Source: Candidatus Fermentibacteraceae bacterium
GTDB taxonomy: Bacteria > Fermentibacterota > Fermentibacteria > Fermentibacterales > JCC-6
Direction: 5' to 3'
DNA: 56,694 nucleotides
Assembly (NCBI GenBank): GCA_041686025.1
Contig: JAWLEP010000019.1
Span: 1 to 56,694 of the forward strand
This document shows, one piece after another, positions 17,522-26,194 of the stretch. A program made the translations under genes and the position numbers. Numbering within the stretch: position 1 is the first letter of the stretch; each line of letters opens with the position of its first letter. The notes under the pieces were generated by a model, which did not search any database, was not told where the DNA came from, and was given only the letters and a program-made list of their open reading frames with translations.

Positions 17522-20500
17522 ATGGAGAACCTGTCCCCCGAGGCGTGGAGCACCGAGCTTGCCGCGGAGCTCCAGAGGCTGTCCGGCCTTCTCCATGACG
17601 GGTCCCCCGGCATAAGCCTGGCCCCGGGCGAGAGACGCCTGGTGGCCGTACTCTTCCTGGACCTGAAGGACTACACCGGCCTGGCCGAGAAGCTGGACCA
17701 CGAGACCCTCCACCATCTGGTGCGGTCCCTTATGGGGCTGCTGGCCAGGGAGGTGGAGTCCGCCGGCGGATACGTCGACAAGTACGAGGGTGACATGATC
17801 ATGGCCCTGTTCGGGGCCGGCGGCTACTCCGAGGTGCCCTGCCAGAGGGCGGTGGCCTGCGGGCTGAAGATGCTGGAGCGGGTGCGCACCGCTTCCGGCA
17901 TACTGCAGCGGCAGGGGATATCCCTGGGGGCGCGCGTGGGGGTCAGCTACGGGCCGGTGACGGTTGCCCCGGACCCCTCCGGCCACCTCACCGCCACCGG
18001 CGACGAGGTGAACGTGGCCTCCCGGCTGCAGAGCCATGCTCCGGACGGAGGCCTGATGGTCAGCGCAGCGGTCCGCCGCGCCGCAGGCGACTACTTCAGC
18101 TGGGTGGACGACGGCGAGAAGATCATCAGGGGGAGGAGCGAGCCGGTCCACGCGTACCTGGCCGAGGGCGCCGGCCCCCTCAGGAGGAGCTGGTGGCGGG
18201 AGGCCTCCCGACGTGCCGGCGTCCCCTTCGTGGACAGGCTGGAGGAGATCTCCAGGCTGATGGTCCTGCTGGAGATGCGATCCGGGCCCAGGGTGGCCGT
18301 GGTAACCGGCGAGCCGGGCAGCGGAAAGACCGCGCTGGTGACCGAGGCCGTGTCCCGGCTGGACGACAGGGACGGCCCCCTGGTGGTCACCGGCAGATCC
18401 ATGGCTTTCGACCAGCCTCCCTACTGGCTGTGGACGGAGGTCCTCAGGGACCTGGTCCGAGAGGACGACGACCCGGAGGAGCACATCCGGTGCCTGCTGG
18501 AGGGCCGCAGGTCAGGTGAGGGAAGCTTCACCCTCGACGCCGCCGAGGGCCTGGTCAGATCCGTTCTTTCCGGCAGCTTCCGGGGCCAGATGGAGGATGG
18601 ACCCCTGGATTCCGACGGGATGGTCTCCGGACTGGTGAGGGACGCCCTGGAGGCGGAGGCGGCCAGGTCCGGGGGGCTGGCCCTGGTGCTGGACGACCTG
18701 CACTGGATGGACAGCCGCTCCGCCGCCGTGCTGGAGGCCCTTCTGCAGGAGGGGCCTCCTCCGGGGGTGGTAGCCGTTCTCCTCTCCAGGGAGCCCATTG
18801 CATCCGCCGCCGGCACGGACGCCGTGGACATACGTCTCGAGGGGCTGGACGATTCCGCGCTGGAGGAGATGGCCGAGCATCTGCTGCGGGGGAGAAGCGG
18901 CCTGGTCCCGGAGGAGATAACGGTGCTGGCCCGAAGGACAGTGAGGACGGTGGGACGCTACCCCCTGTACTTCCGGGACATGATCCTCTACCTGATGGAA
19001 TCGGGGAGCCTGGAGGCGGCCTGCGGCGGCGGCGAAGGACTGGATGCGGGACTGGGGAGGGTCCCCGGGACACTGGCCGCCCTGATGGCCAGCAGGTTCG
19101 ACCAGCTTCCCGAGGAGCACCGGAGGATGCTGCAGTACGCCAGCGTCCTGGGGCAGGGGTTCCCCAGGGACCTGCTGGCCCGCTACCTGGAAGTTGTCCG
19201 CCGGGAGACCTCCCCGCCGCTGCCGGATGACACCGGCAGCGCCCTGGCCCTGCTGCTTAGGAAGAGGCTCCTCCGGACCGGCGCCACCTCCGCCGGGGAG
19301 ACGGTATCGTTCCGGACCCCGCTGGCGCGGAGGGTGGCCTACGACACCCTTCTTCTGCACAATCGCAGAATCCTGCACGGAATCGCCGCCAGGCTCTGCC
19401 TGGAGCCCTCCCCGCCCGCTGGGCACATGCCGGGAATGGCCGCCCGGCACCTTCGCCTTGCAGGCGACCTCCCCGGCGCCATGAGGGAGGGGCTCGAGGA
19501 GCTGAGGCAGGCCTCGGCCGGCTACAAGACCACGGAGGCCATCGACTGGTCCGACCGGCTGATGGAGTGGGCGGCGGAGAGGGAGTCCGGGGCCCGGGCC
19601 GACAGCATCCTGGAGATACTGGACCACAGGCGGTCGGCCCTGGAGCTGGAGGGCAGGATCGAGGAGTGCCGACGTACGCTGGAGAGGATGCTGGACCTGG
19701 CGGACTCCCACGGCCTTCCGGACTGGAAGGCCAGGGCCATGATCGGCATGGGCTCGCTGATGTCGGTGACCGGCGCCCCGCAGCGGGCCCTGGAGCTTCT
19801 GGAGAATGCCGCCCGGGTGGCGCGTCCGCAGGGCGATAGGGAGCTCCTGGCCCTGTCCCTGGCCAACAAGGCATCCTGTCTGGTCCGCCTGGGGAAGCTT
19901 GCGGAGGCCGAGGACAACCTGGACTCCGCGCTCGGGCTGGCGGATGCCGCCGGCGACCCTCCCCTGGCGGCCAGGTGCCTCCTGGTGAGGTCTCAGCTGG
20001 AGATGGGCATGGGGAGGTTCGAGGAGGCAGAGGCCACCCTGCGGGACCTGATCTCCCGGGAGAGCGGGCCCAGCGTTCGAATCCGCATGGCGGCCAAGGC
20101 CAACCTGGGAGCCGTGCTGTCCGGGGTGGGCAGGCTGGAGGAGGCGGAGAACAGCTTTGCGGAGGCCATGCGGGGCGCGGAGAGCATCGGCGACAGCCGG
20201 GTACGGGCCAGCTGCCTGTGCAACCTGGCATCCCTCAGACGCAGGTCGGGGGATCCCGAAGGGGCGCTGGAGGACCTGGAGAAGGCTCTGTCGCTGGCCA
20301 GAGAGCTGGGGGACGGGAACCTGGAGGGCGAGGCCCTGCTGAACATGGGGACCGCACTGGCGGACATGGGAAGCCCGGAGGAGGCATTCCGGCGGTCTCA
20401 GCAGGCGTTCAAGGCCCTAAGACGGCTGGGGGGCTCCCGCCATCTGGGGCTGGCCCTGAGAAACGCCGCCGTCTTCGCCGGGGATGCGGCAAGCGCCGGG

Positions 20501-20842
20501 ATCATGAGGGAGCTGATGGACGCTCTGGATTCCGCCGGGGAGCTCCTGGAGCCGGACGAGCTGGCCGCCGCACTGGTTGCGGCGGCGCGGGCGGCCAGAC
20601 GGAAAGGCATGCTGATTCGCGTGGCCCAGCTCTGCGGCCGGGCCGAATCGGCGCTGCCGCAGGCGGAGGGGGAGACGCTGGCGGAGATCCGGGCCCTGCA
20701 GGCCGTCTGCCACCTGGAGGGCGGCAGCCGCAGGGAGGCGGCGGAGGCCCTGCGGGAGGCGGAGGAGCTGGCCGGGCCCTCACCCCGAAGCGAGGACCTT
20801 CGCAGAGACCTCCGGGAGCTCGGGGCGGTTCTCGAGAGGTAA
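17522..20842 (+). CDS. Class III adenylate cyclase + AAA/STAND-type ATPase + TPR protein
   Basis: VLFLDLKDYT, DKYEGD, TATGDEVNVASRLQ; GEPGSGKT, LVLDDLHWMD; C-terminal TPR-like helical repeats. Confidence 0.88.
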   Translation: MENLSPEAWSTELAAELQRLSGLLHDGSPGISLAPGERRLVAVLFLDLKDYTGLAEKLDHETLHHLVRSLMGLLAREVESAGGYVDKYEGDMIMALFGAGGYSEVPCQRAVACGLKMLERVRTASGILQRQGISLGARVGVSYGPVTVAPDPSGHLTATGDEVNVASRLQSHAPDGGLMVSAAVRRAAGDYFSWVDDGEKIIRGRSEPVHAYLAEGAGPLRRSWWREASRRAGVPFVDRLEEISRLMVLLEMRSGPRVAVVTGEPGSGKTALVTEAVSRLDDRDGPLVVTGRSMAFDQPPYWLWTEVLRDLVREDDDPEEHIRCLLEGRRSGEGSFTLDAAEGLVRSVLSGSFRGQMEDGPLDSDGMVSGLVRDALEAEAARSGGLALVLDDLHWMDSRSAAVLEALLQEGPPPGVVAVLLSREPIASAAGTDAVDIRLEGLDDSALEEMAEHLLRGRSGLVPEEITVLARRTVRTVGRYPLYFRDMILYLMESGSLEAACGGGEGLDAGLGRVPGTLAALMASRFDQLPEEHRRMLQYASVLGQGFPRDLLARYLEVVRRETSPPLPDDTGSALALLLRKRLLRTGATSAGETVSFRTPLARRVAYDTLLLHNRRILHGIAARLCLEPSPPAGHMPGMAARHLRLAGDLPGAMREGLEELRQASAGYKTTEAIDWSDRLMEWAAERESGARADSILEILDHRRSALELEGRIEECRRTLERMLDLADSHGLPDWKARAMIGMGSLMSVTGAPQRALELLENAARVARPQGDRELLALSLANKASCLVRLGKLAEAEDNLDSALGLADAAGDPPLAARCLLVRSQLEMGMGRFEEAEATLRDLISRESGPSVRIRMAAKANLGAVLSGVGRLEEAENSFAEAMRGAESIGDSRVRASCLCNLASLRRRSGDPEGALEDLEKALSLARELGDGNLEGEALLNMGTALADMGSPEEAFRRSQQAFKALRRLGGSRHLGLALRNAAVFAGDAASAGIMRELMDALDSAGELLEPDELAAALVAAARAARRKGMLIRVAQLCGRAESALPQAEGETLAEIRALQAVCHLEGGSRREAAEALREAEELAGPSPRSEDLRRDLRELGAVLER

Positions 20843-20867
20843 AAAAAGGGAGCCCGTCCGGGCTCCC
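20841..20867 (-). terminator. Intrinsic terminator downstream of tRNA-Val
   Basis: GGGAGCCC-4 nt-GGGCTCCC stem followed by T7 on the minus strand. Confidence 0.85.
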
Positions 20868-20894
20868 GAAAATCGTGACGGCCTGGAAGCGTAG

Positions 20895-20971
20895 TGGTGG
20901 GCGAAGAGGGACTTGAACCCCCGACTTCCTGCTTGTAAGGCAGGCGCTCTGGCCAGCTGAGCTATTCGCCC
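20895..20971 (-). tRNA. tRNA-Val (TAC)
   Basis: Reverse complement GGGCGAATAGCTCAGCTGG...CCTGC-CTTACAA-GCAGG...GGTTCAAGTCC...TTCGCCCACCA, 77 nt, encoded CCA. Confidence 0.96.
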
Positions 20972-20981
20972 GTGGAGCGGC

Positions 20982-21066
20982 AAAAAGGAAGAGCCCCAGC
21001 GCGGCCGCCCAAGGACCGGAGTTAGAGGAAGGAGCACTCGGCCCAACGCGCCAGGGCTCAGAAGAC
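20982..21066 (-). ncRNA. Candidate small RNA or structured tRNA leader
   Basis: 13-bp basal stem with G-U pairs valid only on the minus strand, C/U-rich loop, followed by UUCCUUUUU; TTGACA box upstream. Confidence 0.45.
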
Positions 21067-21072
21067 AGTTGG

Positions 21073-21101
21073 TATATGTTCCAAACTCCGCTGCCTGTCA
21101 A
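21073..21101 (-). promoter_or_regulatory. Putative sigma70 promoter for the sRNA/tRNA-Val transcript
   Basis: Minus strand TTGACA (21101-21096)-17 nt-CATATA; the -10 match is weak. Confidence 0.5.
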
Positions 21102-21261
21102 CCTTATTTTGGCAAAATCGCATAAGTGGCATGGCTGTAATCATATACAAGATGTCAAAACCCGGGGGCCGGGATACCCGGCCTTGCTGTCCGGGACATC
21201 ATGGCTATGTAATAGGGGTGATCAGGGCTTTCCCGGATTCCGAGGGCCGAAGGGAGCGGCA

Positions 21262-23088
21262 TTGACCAAGAGGGACGCCTGCAGAGAGGGGTCGCCCCCC
21301 AGCCGGGCCTGCCCCGGAGACGTCATTCCGGCAGACTCCAGGCGCAGGATCTACGACCGCCTGCTGGAGCATCCCCCCGGGGACCAGGCACCCCGGGTGG
21401 AGGTGGACACCGATGCGGAGGCCGGTCTGACTCTGGTGGGCGTCGCGGCGGTTGACTGGCCCGGTCTGGGCACCATCGTCCTCAGCGAGCTCCATCACCT
21501 GGGCTGGAACCTGGACGTGCTGGAGGGCTTCGCGGTGGTGGACGAGGGCAGGCGCCGGGGCGTGATAATCACCGGAATACGCAACGACGATCCCCGGCGG
21601 GCGGAGAGGTTCGAGAAGGACGCCAGAAAGATGGCCGACCTCCTGGGCAGGCTGGCCATGGGCCGTGCAGGGACCGTCTCGCTGCTGGGGCGGGCGGCGG
21701 AGAGGCTGGAGAGGTTCGAGGAGGTCCGTATGGCCCTGGAGGACCTCTACGGCACCCGGGACTTACCCGAGGAGATCATGGGGGAGGGCGGCGAGCTGGT
21801 CCTCTTCATCTCATCGAGGTCGGACCAGTACCTCATGGAGCGCAGGCCGGAGGACCTCGCCTGGATAATCAAGACCAACTACGAGCTGGTGGGCAGGGTG
21901 AGGGAGAAGGGGGGCAAGCCCTTCTTCCGGATAAGGAACCTGCGCACCGAGAAGGAGCACCTCACCGGGATAAACATCGCCGGCTACGAGCGCGAGATCT
22001 CCTTCCAGGACGTACTCACCGCCCTCAACCACGCCTGGTCCGGGGCCTCGGTGAAGCACCAGCGCCGCTACTCCACCGAGGACGGAATCGTCAGCATCAG
22101 GATCGAGATGTCCGGACCCACCGGGCTGTCGGCCACCCGCGAGGAGCAGCAGAAGATCAGGGCCGTCCTCAAGAAGCTGCTGGTGTCCAACGAGCTGGAC
22201 AGGCTCAAGCGCATCCACCGCTACGGGGGCCGCGAGAACTACGCCCGGGCCGTGATTCCCCTGCTGCTGCGGGAGTGCGAGTCCTCGGGGATGAGCCAGG
22301 CCTACATCGCCCGGGTGGCCACCTCCACCTTCCACGCCGAGCTGAAGCTCATACTGGTCTCGGCCGCCGAGAGCCGCGAGGCTCACGACGGCCAGGTGAT
22401 CGACCTGGTCCGGGAGCTGGACTCCCGGGAGGGGCTGACGGTGGTGTCCTTCAAGTCTCCCTCCCGACACGGCAACCGGTGGGTGGACATCATAGACATC
22501 ACCGTCCAGCGCGACGCCTACAGCGACCTGGAGAGCGCCTACAGCGCCATCAAGGAATCCATACAGTCCACCTATGGCGACTTCCGGGACTTCGACATGG
22601 GCATGCGCCTGCTGGACGTCTCCAAGGTCCGGGAGCTGAAGGAGAAGCTTAAGGACATTCCGTCCACCATCGTGAACGACTTCTACTACAGGCTGGAGGA
22701 CTTCCTGCGGGCCAGCGCCCCGGTGAGCGAGCTGGCCGGGCACATCCGGCTGGCCTTCGAGTGCCTCAGCGAGCTCTTCCGTGAGGACCGGCCCTACCTG
22801 GAGCCCAGATGGATGGACCTGGGCCCGGAGAAGAAGCCATCCTCCACCCTCTTCTGCTGCTGCCGGCAGGGAAAGCCCGGCTGGTTCCACGACCTGCTGG
22901 AGGTGGTGAAGGAATTCAGGGTCACCGCCAGCGTCATCGAGTGGTCGGAGTCGTCGGCCGTCCTGCTTCGGATCCAGGGGCCAGAAGGGGCCCTGACAGA
23001 GGAGCAGAGGATGAGGGTAATGTCCGGTCTGAGCGCCCGGTGCTGCGGGGGCGGCGAGCCCCGAAAACCGGGTCCCAACCGGTCTTGA
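21262..23088 (+). CDS. Hypothetical protein with ACT-like repeats
   Basis: Host-like coding pattern. VAAVDWPGL...L..LGWNL is an ACT signature. TTG start follows AAGGGAG; the upstream in-frame extension looks intergenic. Confidence 0.65.
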   Translation: MTKRDACREGSPPSRACPGDVIPADSRRRIYDRLLEHPPGDQAPRVEVDTDAEAGLTLVGVAAVDWPGLGTIVLSELHHLGWNLDVLEGFAVVDEGRRRGVIITGIRNDDPRRAERFEKDARKMADLLGRLAMGRAGTVSLLGRAAERLERFEEVRMALEDLYGTRDLPEEIMGEGGELVLFISSRSDQYLMERRPEDLAWIIKTNYELVGRVREKGGKPFFRIRNLRTEKEHLTGINIAGYEREISFQDVLTALNHAWSGASVKHQRRYSTEDGIVSIRIEMSGPTGLSATREEQQKIRAVLKKLLVSNELDRLKRIHRYGGRENYARAVIPLLLRECESSGMSQAYIARVATSTFHAELKLILVSAAESREAHDGQVIDLVRELDSREGLTVVSFKSPSRHGNRWVDIIDITVQRDAYSDLESAYSAIKESIQSTYGDFRDFDMGMRLLDVSKVRELKEKLKDIPSTIVNDFYYRLEDFLRASAPVSELAGHIRLAFECLSELFREDRPYLEPRWMDLGPEKKPSSTLFCCCRQGKPGWFHDLLEVVKEFRVTASVIEWSESSAVLLRIQGPEGALTEEQRMRVMSGLSARCCGGGEPRKPGPNRS

Positions 23089-23114
23089 CAGCCGGGCGGG
23101 CCTTCTGCTAGCTT
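23085..23114 (+). promoter_or_regulatory. Putative sigma70 promoter of tRNA-Met
   Basis: TTGACA-18 nt-TAGCTT with an extended -10 TG, 10 nt before the tRNA. Confidence 0.7.
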
Positions 23115-23124
23115 CGGGTTCCGC

Positions 23125-23201
23125 GGCGGCGTAGCTCAGCTGGCTAGAGCAGCGGAATCATAATCCGCGGGTCAGGGGTTCGAGTCCCTTCGCCGCTACC
23201 A
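23125..23201 (+). tRNA. tRNA-Met (CAT), elongator type
   Basis: GGCGGCGTAGCTCAG...GCGGA-ATCATAA-TCCGC...GGTTCGAGTCC...CGCCGCTACCA. G1-U72 is paired, so it is not initiator; Ile2 is not formally excluded. Confidence 0.93.
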
Positions 23202-23204
23202 GGG

Positions 23205-23229
23205 GGGGAGCAGGCGTCGCCTGCTCCCC
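23205..23229 (+). terminator. GC-rich hairpin after tRNA-Met
   Basis: GGGGAGCAGGC-GTC-GCCTGCTCCCC; weak U-tract. Confidence 0.6.
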
Positions 23230-23251
23230 ATTCCCATGCCAGCCCATTCCC

Positions 23252-23341
23252 AATTCAAGTGCCAGGCACTTGAATTTCATACCCGGCAGCCGTTCAATTC
23301 AAGTGCCTGGCACTTGAATGGCACTTGAATGGCACTTGAAT
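23252..23341. repeat. Palindromic TTCAAGTGCC(A/T)GGCACTTGAA repeat cluster
   Basis: Palindromes at 23252-23276 and 23297-23319, with three tandem GGCACTTGAAT copies at 23309-23341. Confidence 0.92.
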
Positions 23342-23422
23342 CGTGCGCCTGCGCGGGCACTGGCGGATTCTGGCGGGCCTGCATATACCTTCGTGGCGGA
23401 CGACCTTTCCGGAGAGGGAACG

Positions 23423-24691
23423 ATGCGAAAGACCGCGATACCGGCGCTGCTGATCTTGCTGGTGGCAGCCTGCGGCGGCGGCGGGCGGCCCAGCGTGCTG
23501 CTCATCGTCATAGATACGCTGCGGGCCGACCACGTCCACTGCCTGGGCTACGGGAGGGAGATCACCCCCACCCTGGACAGCCTGGCGGCGGAGGGCGTGC
23601 TCTACACCGCCTGCCAGTCCCAGAGCACATGGACCCTTCCCGCCATGGCCTCGCTGCTGACGGGGACGACCGAGAGGACCCACGGCGCCGGCACGCGCGG
23701 GGAGAGCTTCTACGGGCTCACCCCGGAGCTGGTGACCATTCCCGGCCTCCTGGGAGAAGAGGGGTACTCCAGCTTCGGCCTGTTCAACGCGCCGGTGGTG
23801 TCCGAGCGGTTCGGCTTCCCCCGCGACTTCGGTGCCTTCGACACGGAGGGGTGCCTGGATCCCCTGGATGCGGGGCCGGTGGTGGACAGGGCGCTGCAGT
23901 GGCTGGACGGGGGGAACCGGGGCAGGTTCTTCATGCTGCTGCACTTCTTCGACCCCCACTACCCCTACGCGGCGCCGGGGTCCGACCCCTGGCTGGACTC
24001 CATACCCTTCACCGACGTACGCATAGCGGTGGCGGACGGTGACCTTACCGGCGCGCAGCTGGAGCGCATGGTTAACCTCTACGACGTGGAGATAAGCTAC
24101 TGCGACGACCAGATCGCGCGGCTGATGGCCGGCCTGCGGGAGAGGGGCCTTGCCGAGCAGACCGTAGTGGTGGTGGTGGCGGACCACGGCGAGGAGTTCC
24201 TGGAGCACGGGCGGGTCTTCCACGGCCAGCAGCTGTTCCAGGAGACGGTCCACGTGCCCATGATCATCACCGGGCCGGGGGTTCCCCGTGACTCGGTGGT
24301 CGGCAGCCCCGTGGGCCTGTTCGACGTGATGCCCACCGTGGCGCACCTGTGCGGCCTCGAGGCTCCCGCCCAGGTGGAGGGCGTCTCCCTTCTGGGGGAG
24401 GAGCTCCCCGCGGACAGGGGCATTCCCTCCAGCGGCACCAGCGGCGACATCATGCAGCGGGCGGCCATGAGGTACGGCAACGGCAAGGCCCTGTGGGACG
24501 CTTCGGCCGACTCGGCCTGGATGTACGACCTGTCCTCCGGCTTCGAGGACCCGGACTCCACGCTTGTCCCGGACAGCGCCATGGTGCGGCGGCTGCGCCT
24601 CTACTGGGCCAGCCCCAGGGCCGGGGGCGCCTTCACCGTGGAGATGGAGGGGCGTCTCTCCGAGGCCTTCAGGGATCTGGGCTACATCTGA
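23423..24691 (+). CDS. Sulfatase-like (alkaline phosphatase superfamily) lipoprotein 1
   Basis: Lipobox VAAC; IDTLRADH, WTLPA, HFFDPHYPY, YDVEI, ADHGEEF.EHG, DLGY. Confidence 0.88.
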   Translation: MRKTAIPALLILLVAACGGGGRPSVLLIVIDTLRADHVHCLGYGREITPTLDSLAAEGVLYTACQSQSTWTLPAMASLLTGTTERTHGAGTRGESFYGLTPELVTIPGLLGEEGYSSFGLFNAPVVSERFGFPRDFGAFDTEGCLDPLDAGPVVDRALQWLDGGNRGRFFMLLHFFDPHYPYAAPGSDPWLDSIPFTDVRIAVADGDLTGAQLERMVNLYDVEISYCDDQIARLMAGLRERGLAEQTVVVVVADHGEEFLEHGRVFHGQQLFQETVHVPMIITGPGVPRDSVVGSPVGLFDVMPTVAHLCGLEAPAQVEGVSLLGEELPADRGIPSSGTSGDIMQRAAMRYGNGKALWDASADSAWMYDLSSGFEDPDSTLVPDSAMVRRLRLYWASPRAGGAFTVEMEGRLSEAFRDLGYI

Positions 24692-24806
24692 CCCCGTCCG
24701 CAGACCTTCCGGACCCGTCGCGGAAGACCCGGGAGTATGCCGAGCGGCCGGCGCCGGGATATATTCCCGGCGGAGATATCCCGAACACAACCCCTTGGGA
24801 GCAATC

Positions 24807-26159
24807 GTGACGAGATGTATCCTGCTTGCGGCGGCCCTGCTGGCGCCCGTTGTCTCCTGCGGAGGCGGCGGGGGCGAGCCGGAACAGACCAAAGACCCGG
24901 GAAGGCGGGGCCCCAACGTAGTCCTGCTGATAATAGACACCCTTCGGGCCGATCACCTGCACTGCTACGGCTACTCCCGCAGTATAACCCCCACCCTGGA
25001 CAGCCTGGCCGCGGAGGGCACCATGTGGGCCTACTGCCAGGGACAGGCCGCGTGGACCCTTCCCGCAATCGCCACCATCTTCAGCGGCCTGCCGGAGAGG
25101 GCACATCTGGCCGGAATGCGCGACGACCGGCTGTACGGCCTGGACCCGGAGCTGGACGTTCTTCCCGAGCTTCTGGGCCGGAGGGGCTGGGAGACGGTGG
25201 GCGTCTACAACGTGCCGGTCATGGGGCCCGGCTACGGCTTCGACCAGGGCATGGACCATGTGGACACCGAAGGCTGTCGCCTGGCGGTAGATGCCGATGT
25301 GATCAACGCCAAGTTCCTGCAGTGGCTGGACGACGGGTGGTCGGGGGAAGCGCCGTTCCTGGCGGTGCTGCACTACTTCGACCCCCACTACCCGTACGAC
25401 CCGCCGGCCCCCTACGACGGGATGTTCACCCCGGCCGGCCATCCCTCCACCCACTGGGCCACCGCTCCCACCAGGATGCTGCTGAACGCCAACCGGCTGG
25501 GAAGGCTGGAAGAGGAGGACTACCGGAGGCTGGAGGACCTCTACGACGGCGAGGTGGCCTTCTGCGACGCGGAGATCGGGAAGATGCTGGCGGAGCTCCG
25601 CCGCCGGGGCCTGGCCGAGGGCACCGTGATCATCGCCATGGCCGACCACGGCGAGGAGTTCCGGGAGCACGGCGGCCTTCTGCACGGTTTCAGCCTGTAC
25701 CGCGAGCAGACCCGGGTGCCCCTGCTGATCAGCGGCCCCGGCTTCCGCGGCGGCGGCCTGGACTCCACGGTGGTCAGCCAGATGGACATACTCCCCACGG
25801 TGCTGGAGGCCGCCGGTGTGGAGGAGTCGGGGCCGTGGGACGACTGGGGCGTAAGTCTGATGGGCGAGCCGGTGGAGGACAGGGTGCTTCCCAGCAGCGG
25901 CTTCGCCTCTTCAGACCTGGGGACCTACCTTACGGTTAGGCAGGGGGAGAGGCGCCTGTTCTGGGACCACGCGGAGGACAGGGCCGTGCTCTTCGACCTG
26001 GCCGCCGATCCCATGGAGCAGGAGAGCCTTCCCCCGGACAGCGCTCTGCTGGAGCAGGCCATGCTCTACTGGGCGACCCCGGCGGAGGTGCTTCCCGCGG
26101 AGGTGCCCGGAACACAGGCCAGGGTGGAGGTGCTCCGGGACCTTGGCTACTGCCGCTGA
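24807..26159 (+). CDS. Sulfatase-like lipoprotein 2 (paralog)
   Basis: Lipobox-like VVSC; IDTLRADH, WTLPA, HYFDPHYPY, YDGEV, ADHGEEF.EHG, DLGY. Confidence 0.88.
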   Translation: MTRCILLAAALLAPVVSCGGGGGEPEQTKDPGRRGPNVVLLIIDTLRADHLHCYGYSRSITPTLDSLAAEGTMWAYCQGQAAWTLPAIATIFSGLPERAHLAGMRDDRLYGLDPELDVLPELLGRRGWETVGVYNVPVMGPGYGFDQGMDHVDTEGCRLAVDADVINAKFLQWLDDGWSGEAPFLAVLHYFDPHYPYDPPAPYDGMFTPAGHPSTHWATAPTRMLLNANRLGRLEEEDYRRLEDLYDGEVAFCDAEIGKMLAELRRRGLAEGTVIIAMADHGEEFREHGGLLHGFSLYREQTRVPLLISGPGFRGGGLDSTVVSQMDILPTVLEAAGVEESGPWDDWGVSLMGEPVEDRVLPSSGFASSDLGTYLTVRQGERRLFWDHAEDRAVLFDLAADPMEQESLPPDSALLEQAMLYWATPAEVLPAEVPGTQARVEVLRDLGYCR

Positions 26160-26194
26160 CGCCGCTTTGGCCAGTGCCCGGGAGGAGGCCGGCC

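Noticed and set aside
20991..21059. SRP RNA
   Set aside because: The plus-strand GGAAGGAGCA only loosely resembles domain IV; the CAGG-GNRA helix is missing and G-U pairing favours the other strand.
21106..21145. Sigma54 promoter (two TGGCA motifs)
   Set aside because: No GC at the required -12 spacing; only a short ATTTTG-G-CAAAAT palindrome remains.
20895..23341. Genomic island integrated at a tRNA
   Set aside because: No integrase, no duplicated tRNA 3' end seen, and flanking genes have host-like composition.
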